The translations under genes were made by a program, and so were the position numbers. The notes under the pieces are model-generated. The model saw only the letters and a program-made list of their open reading frames with translations, was not told the origin of the DNA and did no database searches. From positions 35,782 through 99,781 of the forward strand of contig NW_021832719.1 of the NCBI RefSeq assembly GCF_006345805.1: a stretch of DNA of 64,000 bases. Reading direction: 5' to 3'. The DNA comes from Octopus sinensis (lineage: Eukaryota). Shown here piece by piece: positions 49,477 through 60,837 of the stretch (positions are counted from its first letter, which is position 1; the number at the start of each line of letters is the position of its first letter).

Positions 49477-49520
49477 CTAGGGACACCGTGTTTCAGGATC
49501 ATTGTCCTTCATTGGCCTAG
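49477..49520 (-). ncRNA. Decayed hammerhead relic
   Basis: CTAGG-CCAATGA-AGGA(caatga)TCCT-GAAA-CACGGTG-TC-CCTAG: all stems intact, core mutated. Confidence 0.55.
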
Positions 49521-49729
49521 AGTAGCAGACACCGGTCGGCTGGTGATATTTGTCTGGACTTCGTATCTGTATATATGTAAACTCAGTGAAGTCTATTCAC
49601 TGATTATCAAAATTGTACAAATTGGTTTTCACGAAATAAATAAGTTTACTTTATTTTGTATTCTGTAAAACAGACATAAACAGTAAAAGCCGGCTCTTCC
49701 CTGTTTTCTTGTTGTTCAGAGCAGAAGGT

Positions 49730-50610
49730 CACTTATTCTATCGGTCTCTTTTGCCGAACCGCTAAGTTACGGGGACGTTAACACACCAGCATCGGTTGTC
49801 AAGCGATGCTAGGGGGACAAACACAGATACACAAACACACACACACATGCATATATACATATATACGACAGGCTTCTTTCAGTTTCCATCTACCAAATCC
49901 ACTCACAAGGCTTTAGTCAGCCCGAGCCTATAGTAGAAGAGACTTGCCCAAGGTGCCACACAGAGGGACTGAACCCGGAACCATGTGGTTGGTAAGCAAG
50001 CTACTTACCACACGGCCACTCCTGCGCCTTACTTACTCTGTTACTCTCTTTTACTTGTTTCAGTCACTTGACTGCGGCCATGCTGGAGCACCGCCTTTAA
50101 GTCGAGCAAATCGACCCCAGGACTTATTCTTTGTAAGCCTAGTACTTATTCTATCGGTCTCTTTTGCCGAGCCACTAAGTTACGGGAATGTAAACACACC
50201 AACATCGGTTGTCAAACAATGCTGTGGGGGGGGGGGGGACAAACACAGACACACAAACATACACACATATATATACATATATATATACATATATACGACA
50301 GGCTTCTTTCAGTTTCTGTCTACCAAATCCACTCACAAGGCTTTGGTTGGCCCGAGGCTATAGTAGAAGACACTTGCCCAGAGGTGCCATGCAGTGGGAC
50401 TGAACCCAGAACCATGTGGTTGGTAAGCAAGCTACTTACCACATGGGCACTCCTACACCTTACTTACTCTTTTACTCTCTTTTACTTGTTTCAGTCATTT
50501 GACTGTGGCCATGCTGGAGCACCGCCTTTAGTCGAGCAAATCAACCCCGGGACTTATTCTTTGTAAGCCTAGTACTTATTCTATCGGTCTCTTATGCCGA
50601 AACGCTAAAC
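49730..50610 (-). mobile_element. Three tandem or partial SINE A copies
   Basis: Match to other copies. Confidence 0.85.
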
Positions 50611-50699
50611 AGGTGCAAGACCTGAATTTTGGGGGGCAGGGGGGAAGTCGATTACATTGACTCCGGTACTCCACTGGTACTTAATTTATCGACCCTGAA

Positions 50700-51275
50700 G
50701 GGATGAAACATTTTTTCACGCTGAGAGTTGCTGAAGCATGGAGCAAACTGCCGGCATCAGTTGTTAGTTGTCGGAGCACTGCATCCTTCAAAACTTCCAT
50801 GCTTCCTGACATTCACCAACACTACACCTGATTTTCTCTTCCCCTCCATACACACACAAGCATGTATCTGACTCATACACTGTTCACTTTCCAGACATTT
50901 GTACATTACTGCATATGCTTTATACGCACTTTCTGACAAGTTGTGGTGCACCTGAGCACTGTATACAATAATTTCATTATTATTATTATTAAAATAATTC
51001 AATTTTCTTTCGGAAACATTTTTTCACGCTGAGAGTTGCAGAAGTATGGAACAAACTGCGGGCATCAGTTGTTAGTTGTCGGAGTACTGCATCCTTCAAA
51101 ACTTCCATGCTTCCTGAGATTCGCCAACACTACACCTGATTTTCTCCCCTCCATACGCATGCAAGCATGTATCTGACTCATACACTGTTCACTTCCCAGA
51201 CATTTGTACATTACTGCATATGCTTTATACGTTGTGGTGCACCTGAGCACTGTATACAAAAATTTCATTATTATT
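50700..51275 (+). mobile_element. Two head-to-tail CR1 3' ends
   Basis: Same architecture and junction as 757-1335. Confidence 0.85.
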
Positions 51276-51277
51276 AT

Positions 51278-51505
51278 ACCTATTTCTTTATTACCCACAA
51301 GGGGCTAAACAAAGAGGGGACAAACAAGGACAGACATAGGTACTAAGTCGAATACATCGAATACGTAACTGGTACTTAATTTATCGACCCCGAAAGGATG
51401 AAAGGCAAAGTCGACCTCGGCGGAATTTGAACTCACAAAGTAACGCAGACAAAATACCGCTAAGCATTTCACCTGGCGTGCTAACGTTTCTGCCAGCTCG
51501 CCGCC
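51278..51505 (-). mobile_element. SINE family B
   Basis: Match to other copies. Confidence 0.85.
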
Positions 51506-52014
51506 TTTGACGTCGTGACGTCGTGACTACCCAAGGTGCTTTGCAGTGGGACTGAACCCATGGATTTGAAACGAACTTCTTACCCCCACAACCACACCTT
51601 CCCTTCAGTAAACTCATCCAAAATCAATATCAAAGCCGCAACAAAAATATTTCCACAGTCATCACAGCTCTCAATCACTTTAGTTTCATGTTACGCTATT
51701 GATTTTTATTAAAAAATTCTTTTATTTGCAATTTTTTTTTTAGTAGCTTTTGCTTTCTTTTTTATCATAATACTGAAAAAAGCAAACAAAAGTCTGGTCT
51801 GAACAACCATGGAGAGGTGGGGGGTGATTCACAACAAATAGTTGAAATCAATGGTTTTTTTTTCTTCTTTTGTCAAATTTTTTTTATATATTTTATTTTG
51901 TTTATTCACTTGGATTTCATGAATAAACTCGTGTGACAATGTAACTAATCTATTCATTGACTGAATGGGTAAATAAAACAAAACCACACTGTTTATGTGT
52001 TTATATATATATAT

Positions 52015-52700
52015 ACTCTTTTACTATTTTACTCGTTTCAGCCATTTGACTGCGGCCATGCTGGAGCACTGCCTTTAATCGAGCAACTCGACCCCGCTGG
52101 GACTTATTTTTTGTAAGCCCAGTACTTGTTCTATCGGTCCCTTTTGCCGAGCCGCTAAGTAACGGGGACATAAACACACCAGCATCGGTTGTCAAGCGAT
52201 GTTGGGGGGACAAACACAGACACACAAACACACACACGCATATATATATAAAGAGTAAAGAGTAGAGAGTGTATGTGTGTGTGAGTGTATATATATATAT
52301 ATCTTTTACTCTTTTACTTGTTTCAGTCATTTCACTGTGGCCATGCTGGAACACCACCTTTTAGTCGAGCAAATCGACCGCAAGACTTATTCTTTGTAAG
52401 CCTATTACTTATTCTCTCGATCTCTTTTGCTGAACCGCTAAGTTACAGGGATGTAAACACACCAGCATCGGTTGTCAAGGAATGCTAGGGGACAAACACA
52501 GACACACAATCACACACACATATATATATATATACATATATACGACAGGCTTCTTTCAGTTTCCATCTACCAAATTCACTCACAAGGCATTGGTCGGCCC
52601 GGGGCTATAGCAGAAGACACTTGCCCAAGGTGCCAAGCAGTGGGACTGAACCCACAACCATGTGGTTGGTTAGCAAGCTACTTACCACACAGCCACTCCT
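52015..52700 (-). mobile_element. SINE A tail plus a full SINE A
   Basis: Match to other copies. Confidence 0.85.
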
Positions 52701-52828
52701 GTATATATATGTATATATATATTTAACTTTAGTGAGAAAAAATTTCTGGTTTTTTTTGTGTATATTTTCTTCCTTTTGCAAACTTATACACACACATATT
52801 TTCCCTCTTTCCTTTTTCTCCCTCATTC

Positions 52829-52867
<39 letters not shown>

Positions 52868-53038
52868 ACATGTGCCTACAGAGCGATGCTACTTATCATA
52901 TAAGTCTCATTTCCTTTGTTCGGAATTTACTGAGCATGTTTGTGGAATTCAAGGGGAAAACGTCTAAATCTATTGAAGAGTCAAAGTGTTGTTGAATAGA
53001 CTTCCTGCTCTCACCCTGGTGGTGCCTGTTACATCACC

Positions 53039-53648
53039 ATTCTGGTCAATTCGGTCAGTTACGAGGTGAATCTCCCTCTGGACAATCAACAGAGAAATTG
53101 CTAATTTCTAGAATTTTACTAAAATTCTACTAAAATAAAATTTTACTAAAATTTTACTAAAATTTCTAAATTTACTAAATTTTACTAAAATTTCTAAATT
53201 TCTAAATTTACTAAATTTTACTAAAATTCTACTAAAATAAAATTTTACTAAAATTTTACTAAAATTTCTAAATTTCTAAATTTACTAAATTTTACTAAAA
53301 TTTCTAATTTCTAAATTTACTAAATTTTACTAAAATTCTACTAAAATAAAATTTTACTAAAATTTTACTAAAATTTCTAAATTTCTAAATTTACTAAATT
53401 TTACTAAAATTTCTAAATTTCTAAATTTACTAAAATTTTACTAAAATTCTACTAAAATAAAATTTTACTTAAATTTCTAAATTTACTAAATTTTACTAAA
53501 ATTTCTAAATTTACTAAATTTTACTAAAATTTTACTAAAATTTCTAGAATTTTACTAAAATTCTACTAAAATAAAATTTTACTAAAATTCTGGTCAATTC
53601 GGTCAGTTAGGAGGTGAATCTCCCTCTGGACAATCAACAGAGAAATTG
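53039..53648. repeat. AT-rich 8-10-mer minisatellite bracketed by 62-bp direct repeats
   Basis: 53039-53100 equals 53587-53648 (1 mismatch); TTTACTAAA/TTTCTAAA units in between. Confidence 0.9.
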
Positions 53649-53729
53649 TTAACATGAAGTGACTTTGGAAAATTGGTTAATAAAAAAAAAAAATTTTTAA
53701 GTGGGAAATAACTAAAATGAACAATTTCC

Positions 53730-54205
53730 AACCTTTTTGATACATCCCACTTGAAACCACCTCTGGCTTTGTTTTCAAAAGTTTTGAATTAAAATCTTCC
53801 ACCAAATCTTAGTCACAATTTATGTTCCTTACACTAACTGAATGATAACTAAGTTATTTCACTAAATTCTTTGTAATATTTAAAATTAATTGAAAGAAAC
53901 ACAGAGCATCTCAACAGAAATATGGTAACAAAAAGGTTAACAAATGATTAATTTAACCCTTTTGATACCAACCCGGCTGAAACCAGCTCTGGCTCTGTAG
54001 TACAAATGTCTTGTTTCCATAAGTTTTGAATTAAAATCTTCCACCAAACCTTAGTCACAATTTATGTTCCTAACACTAGCTTAATGATAACTAAGTTATT
54101 TTACTAAATTCTTTGTTATATTTAACCCTTTCGATACCAACCCGGCTGAAACTGCCTCTGGCTCTTTTGTACAAATGTCCTGTTTTCAAAAGTTCTGGAT
54201 TAAAA
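53730..54205 (+). mobile_element. TTAA MITE units (one complete right end, two truncated)
   Basis: Match to the 23401 family. Confidence 0.75.
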
Positions 54206-54660
54206 TCAGAGGCGCAAGCATGGCTGTGTGGCAAGAAGCTTGCTTCCCAACCACATGGTTCCGGGTTCAGTCCCACTGTGTGGCACCTTGGGCAAGTGTC
54301 TTCTACTATAGTCTCAGGCCAACCAAAGCCTTGTGAGTGGATCTTGTAGATGGAAACTGAAAAAAAGCTTGTCGTATATATATATATGTATATATATATA
54401 TACCAAATATATACGTTTTTATTATTATTTTGCAATTTACTTAATTATTGATATATTATTGTTATTTTATCTTTAATATTTCTATTATATGTAATTTTCT
54501 AGATGGTGTAATTTAATTGTTCGTTTTGAATTGATGAAAGGTGTTTTTTTCTAATTTTTATATATATATTATATCTTGTGAAATTTGATTTAGTATTTCT
54601 AAATTAAATTTATCCCTGTAAGTTATGAATAATATTCCCTCAAATAATTATCATATATAT

Positions 54661-54702
<42 letters not shown>

Positions 54703-54744
54703 GAAAGAATGGAGTTGAACGACGATTTAACAAAATTCCTTTAT

Positions 54745-54825
54745 TCTCGACATATGTTTCGAAGACTGCATATTCCTAATTCCGAAGGAATAAGGGGTGC
54801 ATTATGCTGCCTTCTCATCAGGAAA
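54745..54825 (-). ncRNA. Type I hammerhead ribozyme in a solo PLE terminal repeat (about 54705-54840)
   Basis: TTTC-CTGATGA-GAAGGCAGCAT...ATGCAGTCTTC-GAAA-C ATAT G-TC-GAGA; GUC triplet. Confidence 0.85.
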
Positions 54826-55652
54826 GAAAAGGAACTTATGTCAGCATCATGACGAACAAAAACTTTTAGATGACTGCCCACACGGAGTCCATAGTGATAA
54901 TATATATTTATATGTATATGTTTGTGCTTCTGTGTTTGTACCCACCAACATCCATCGCTTGACAACCGATGTTGGTGTGTTTACATCCCAGTAAATTAGT
55001 GGTTCGGTGTAAAAATTGACCGATAGGATAATTACTAGGCTTACAAAAGAATAAGTCCTGGGGGTCGATTAGTTCGACTAAAAGGCAGTGCTCCAGCATG
55101 GCCGCAGTCGAATGACTGAAACAAATAAAAGAATAAAAGAATCATTATGTGTTGTACTATCGGATAATGCCTGCATTATTGGTTGTTTTGTTGTAATTAG
55201 GTCGAATATAAAGACATGTCTTATGTGTAATATGACATACAGGCATCATTGTTTGATGAGCGTTGGGTCATTGAAACACTTCATCATGTGCGTGAATGAT
55301 GGATCGGTCATCAAAGACATGACATATTGTTTAATATCGGTTTTTCTCTAAATTACACACACACACACATATATATACATATACATACATATATTTGCCA
55401 GTGCCGTCCCGACTGGCCTCCGTGCCGGTGGCACGTAAAAAGCACCAACCGATTGTGGCCGTTTGCCAGCTTCGTCTGGCACGTAAAAAGCACCCACTAC
55501 ACTCTCGGAGTGGTTGGCATTAGGAAGAGCATCCGTTTGTAGAAACACTGCCAGATCGGACTGGAGTCTGGTGCAGCCTTCTGGCTTCCCAGATCCCCGG
55601 TCGAACCGTCCAACCCATGCTAGCATGGAAAGCGGACGCTAAACGATGATGA

Positions 55653-55695
<43 letters not shown>

Positions 55696-55899
55696 AAGTA
55701 GATAAATGAATTATCTTATTACGGATTATTCAAATGATAACCGATACCTGGGTAGCAAAAATCAAAACAGAAAAAGCACGGTTGAGGTTACGACCATGGG
55801 GCCTAAAATCTGTGCCTTAGTGCGGAAATTTGAAGTTTTATATATTTAGTGTAGGAAGAAATGGAGCTGAACGAAGATTTAACAAAATTCCTTTTTATT

Positions 55900-55985
55900 A
55901 TTTTCTACATATGTTTCAAAGGCTGCAAAGTCCCTAATTCGGATTGAATAAGGAGTCCATTTTGCAGCCTTCTCTTCAGGAAAAT
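55900..55985 (-). ncRNA. Type I hammerhead ribozyme (inverted 5' copy)
   Basis: Exact reverse complement of 59561-59646. Confidence 0.88.
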
Positions 55986-56008
55986 CCAGGAACTTAATTC
56001 TCCAACAA

Positions 56009-56593
56009 ATGAGAACACAACCGCTTAACCCAAGACAACCTAGATTCATTGTTAAGGACCACAAACCAAATTTCCACACCAATCCAGCATTAAGGCTCAT
56101 ATGCCCTTCTAGTTCCGACATCGGTTCTATCAGTAAGTACATTTTAGACAAATGCATTCCTAGTTTAGTTAATGAGCTTAAGCTTAACCTTTGGGTGAAC
56201 TCCTCGCAAGTCGTAAAGTGGTTCTCTTCTATCCCTAATAAAAACAGAACTAAGTTCATTCAGTTCGATATTGCTAATTTCTACCCCTCGATTAACCCTA
56301 GTGTACTCAATAAGGCACTGTGGCATGCACACAATAAGGTAGGCCTCACTAGAGAAGAAATTGATATAATTCTAGTCGCCAGAAAATCCTTTATACAGTT
56401 TGAAGATAAGTTATGGGTTCGTAAGGATACTCCCAACGAGTTCGATGTACCTATGGGAAGTTCAGATAGCGCCCAGATTGCCGATTTGGTCGGAATCTAT
56501 ATTCTCTATGAATTATCCGACCAATTCCCGGACATCGGAGGCGGCCTATATCATGACGATTGTTTGTTTTACCTACAAAACACCCCGAATAGA
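56009..56593 (+). pseudogene. PLE reverse transcriptase, segment 1
   Basis: KDHKPNF..LRLICP..FIQFDIANFYPSI..FDVPMGSSDSAQIADLVG..GLYHDD. Confidence 0.9.
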
Positions 56594-57137
56594 ATAATAA
56601 TAATAATTGTGTACAGTGCTCAGGTGCACTACAACTCATCTAAAGTGTATATATAATCAGGTGTAGTTTCGGCGGATTTCGGAAAGCATGAGGGCCTTAA
56701 AGGATGCAGTGTCATGGCAGTCAACAACTGATGCAGGCAGTTTATTCCATGCTTCAGCACTCTGAGCGTGAAAGAATGTTTCCGAAAGTCATGGGAGCTG
56801 TGTTGTTTTCTGACTTTGTAGGCATGTCCACATGTGTTAGACACATGGAGATCAAAAGGTGTTCAGTGTTGTTGTTGGTGAGGTGGTTGATAACCTTGTG
56901 GGTGTTACCAAGTCCGTCGCCAGACGCCGGAGCTTCAGTGAATCCATGCCCAGGGAAACAAGGCGCTCAGAATATGGTAGGTGTCTGATGGAGGGTATGC
57001 GTTTGGTTGCACGTCTCTGGACAGATTCCAGGAGGTCAATGTTCTGAGCAAGATAGGGATTCCAAACTGATGATGCGAATTCCAAGTGTGGTCGTACCAT
57101 AGCTGTATACAGTTTTAAATAGATGGCTGGAGAGCGG
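56594..57137 (-). mobile_element. CR1 3' fragment inserted in the PLE RT
   Basis: SPAIYLKLYTAMVRPHLEFASSVWNPYL..ESVQRRATK; (AAT)n tail at the left end. Confidence 0.9.
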
Positions 57138-57545
57138 CTACAGAAAACTAAAAATAGATTAGTTAGGTTCTTTAATAGGATGGGCATGAGCACAGTTTTT
57201 GATAACGAACTTACCAAGGCAAATTTCTTAGATGTCACACTAAACCTGCATAGCGATTCTTACTGCCCCTACCACAAACCTTCCACTAACCTAAAGTATG
57301 TCAGCGTTTTCTCTAACCACGCAAAAACTATAACAGACAATTTAGTTAAAAATATTTCTCAAAGATTAACTAATTTATCTGCCAACGTCGACATTTTTAG
57401 GCAGAAAGCGGAATTTTATAATGCCGCCCTGTCAAAAGCCGGTTATAGTGAGAAGGTAGCATATATAGACCCGGCCCTTCTGAAACCAGCATTCTATCAT
57501 CAGGATAAGTCAAGTTACAATAACATAAATAATATAAGTAGTGAT
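57138..57545 (+). pseudogene. PLE reverse transcriptase, segment 2
   Basis: LQKTKNRL..ANFLDVTLNL..YCPYHKP..KYVSVFSNH..QRL..YNAALSKAGY. Confidence 0.88.
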
Positions 57546-57808
57546 CATCATCATCATTGTTCGACCGTGGTCGAGACTTTCATAGTCTTTTCAAATGGCT
57601 AATAATGTGTGCGTGCACCACTACTACACACATTGGAAAGCATTGTACAACCAAGCACTAAAGAAGATCTTTCCTCCTCCATGAAACAAAGCTGTTCCCG
57701 CTGGATGTCAACCCAGTATTTCTAAGCTACGGACAGAGTGATTTATTGTAAGGTTATCTCCCTAGATAGATTGCCTTCACTACGGCTAAGGAGCCCTTTC
57801 TACCCCAT
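57546..57808 (-). mobile_element. 263-bp non-LTR retroposon 3' end with a 9-bp TSD
   Basis: AGTAGTGAT at 57537-57545 and 57809-57817; (CAT)n at the left end. Confidence 0.75.
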
Positions 57809-59006
57809 AGTAGTGATGGTAGCCTGAGGAATGTCGATACAAGTACAACTAGCATAAATATAGATAACAGAAATAATTTGCGGTCCAGAGGAGGCCATCG
57901 TAGACCAAAACCCATTATTCAACCCAGAGATACCCACCTTAATGTTAGAGTTGACTCTCCGAGCCGGTACAAAAAACAGGAATAACTATATTTGGTTTGT
58001 AATTCCCTTTGGTAAACAAATAAGATCTAACCTACCGTTGCAGTTTCGCCAAGCAATTGCCAGAAATTTTCCCAGAAATTCGAGATATTACTCCACTGTA
58101 AATTCACACAAAGTTAGGATAGCCTTCTCCAATACTAAAAATCTTTCACAGATAATTTCCTCCCATAACAATAAGCTGCTAAATAAGACCCTCTCACCTA
58201 TGAGCGGTGACTCTGCTCCGTCTAATTCCAACATAACACGCAGTAATAATAATAATAATAGAACTGGCACAGATATTAGCAACCTCCATACCAACATTGG
58301 AGTTAGTAATAGTAATAAGGATAAGAGCAATGATCTCGTCATTAACGTAAGTAATGGTAATAAGGATAAGAGCACTGATCTAGTCATTAATGTAGGGAGT
58401 CCCAACAACAATATTAGCAGCGGTTTTAACAACAGTAGTATTACGGACATTAGCAATCACAGCATTCACAGTAGCAGGGAATATGCAGGTGATTTTGCCT
58501 TAAATAGTAATGATAATGGGGTGAATAATATCGAATCCAGCGGTAGTTTTTACAATCATCATAGTAATAAGAACGCTGTATTAATATCGGAAACCAATCC
58601 CAATAGAATAAGGTTCTTATCTAGTAACTCCAAGATTAGAAACGCCATTTACCAGTGCAGAGTTTATACTGATTCAGATGTCTACATGTATATCGGAGCT
58701 TCATCATCGAAATTGGCTGTTAGAATATCGAATCATTTTTCCACGTTTCGTGATAAGGAAAAGCAACACGCTACGGGACTAAGTAAATTAGTCTGGCGTT
58801 TGAAGAACGCGAATTCAACTTTTAGACTGGAATGGTCAATTTTATCGGTGTCTTTACCGTTTGATAAAGGCAAAAAAATCTGTGCCCTTTGTAACTCGGA
58901 ACTCTTTCATATTCTGTTCGCCCGAGGGCACCTTGTTAACTCGATTGTGCAAAATTCTTTCAGATGCCCACACTGGAAATGGCACACATTTCTCTCATAC
59001 CAATGA
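57809..59006 (+). pseudogene. PLE segment 3: thumb, Asn/Ser-rich linker and GIY-YIG endonuclease
   Basis: YIWFVIPF..NFP..RIAFSNTKNLSQIISSHN; NAIYQCRV..MYIGASS..RISNHFSTF..TGLSKLVW..CALC..CPHW; +1 frameshift in the A-run at about 57972. Confidence 0.9.
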
Positions 59007-59560
59007 AGTCTAATATAGTTAACCCCTTGATTTCCTAAGAAAATGGAAAAAAATTTTGAATTAAATTTGTAAGGGGATATCACTCCCCTGTTAGTGTAAG
59101 AACTGCTAGTTATCTAGAACTGCTGTCAGGGATGTCACTGTATCCTGCCATGACCATTGTTGACACCTCCCTCTCTCTATCAACTGGTTACAGACGAACA
59201 CACAGACACAGTCTTTTCTGTTGCTTGACCATTAATATCTGCTATATCTCTCTCCCTTGCTGCCTTCTAAACACACTGCCACACATACATGCAAGCAATT
59301 TCTCACACTCAAACACTCTAGCACTCATTCTTAAAACAATTCAAATATTAACACCAGTCATACAGAATACATTCACACTCTTTGATTTTCCTGTACTCCC
59401 CTTCTGTTAACCGGATTTTGACCTTGAATTATCTCAACGGACCTTCTGTCGGCTTTCACCCAGCCTGGCGTCAACGCATATTGATAGACAGTTTTGTGCC
59501 ATTTATCCCATGGGCTCCTCGTGAGCGTTTGTCGAAAAGCTTGGAGAATTAAGTTCCTGG

Positions 59561-59646
59561 ATTTTCCTGAAGAGAAGGCTGCAAAATGGACTCCTTATTC
59601 AATCCGAATTAGGGACTTTGCAGCCTTTGAAACATATGTAGAAAAT
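59561..59646 (+). ncRNA. Type I hammerhead ribozyme (sense, in the 3' terminal repeat)
   Basis: ATTTTC-CTGAAGA-GAAGGCTGCAAA...TTTGCAGCCTTT-GAAA-C ATAT G-TA-GAAAAT; cleavage predicted after 59640. Confidence 0.9.
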
Positions 59647-59913
59647 AATAAAAAGGAATTTTGTTAAATCTTCGTTCAGCTCCATTTCTTCCTACACTAA
59701 ATATATATATATACATATATATAAGTAATACTAAGCAATAGGGTTTAGCAACGAATTGCCTTACCACATACCGAATTTAGAAATAGCAGTCAAAGGTTTA
59801 GCTATTTTCTTCTACTAAAAAGGGAGATCTCAGTAAAAACAGCAATTGGAAGGCTGACACAGACAGGTAAGAGAGAATGAATTAACTGCAATCTATAAAC
59901 ATTTTTAAAGTTA

Positions 59914-60023
59914 TCTACGGACGTACGTTTCGAAATCAAGTTTTTTAGGAAAGCATAAGAATTAAATATTAAATATTAAATAATTCTATCTTACCGAAAC
60001 TTGTCTTTTCTCTTCAGCGTAGA
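59914..60023 (-). ncRNA. Type I hammerhead ribozyme with a long stem II
   Basis: TCTACG-CTGAAGA-GAAA..CAAGTTT...AAACTTG..TTTC-GAAA-C GTAC G-TC-CGTAGA. Confidence 0.85.
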
Positions 60024-60269
60024 ATACTATAATCATAAATGATATATATTGAATTTTTGAGATACTAGGAGCACCAACTCAACTCAGTATCAAGCGAGCT
60101 AGAATCCGCAACTAGTATCACCGATTCAAATTTGTGAATGAAACGATTGTGTTCAACAGCCCCTTCCCACCCGCGTGTAGCCAAAACAAGATGCTGTGGT
60201 CATCTACTGAGATAAAATATATATATCTATATTATACATATATATATATATACATATATATATAATACA

Positions 60270-60323
<54 letters not shown>

Positions 60324-60356
60324 TATATATATATTATATATAGATATTATATATGT

Positions 60357-60545
60357 GGAGGTGGCAATGGCCCAGTTGTTAGGGCAGCCGACTCGCGGTC
60401 GTAGGATCGCGGTTTCGATTCCCAGACAGGCTTGTGAGTGTTTATTGAGTGAAAACACCTAAAGCTCCACGAGGATCCAGCAGGGGGTGGTGGTGATCCC
60501 TGCCGTACTCTTTCGCCGCAACTTTCCCTCACTCTTTCTTCTGTT
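60357..60545 (+). mobile_element. SINE C head
   Basis: Match to other copies. Confidence 0.8.
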
Positions 60546-60619
60546 GAAGGCTAAAAATGCGAAGCGCATTGTGACCAGCGGTGTGTAGCAACATCTGATA
60601 GCCTGGTTGGTCACATGAT

Positions 60620-60663
<44 letters not shown>

Positions 60664-60837
60664 TATATATGTATGCATGTATATATGTGCATACATATAT
60701 ACATATATATATGTATATACACACATATATAAGTGTGTGTGTGTACATATATATATTTCTAACTAGCTAGCTTGTTGGAATTACCAGATCTCATGTATAT
60801 AGGAAATGAAAAGTGGGATTTCCCCCTAAAAAAACAT

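Larger units (their letters stand above)
55839..59707 (+). mobile_element. 5'-truncated Penelope-like retroelement bounded by a perfect 167-bp inverted repeat
   Basis: 55839-56005 is the exact reverse complement of 59541-59707; RT and GIY-YIG coding inside; inserted in (TA)n. Confidence 0.92.
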
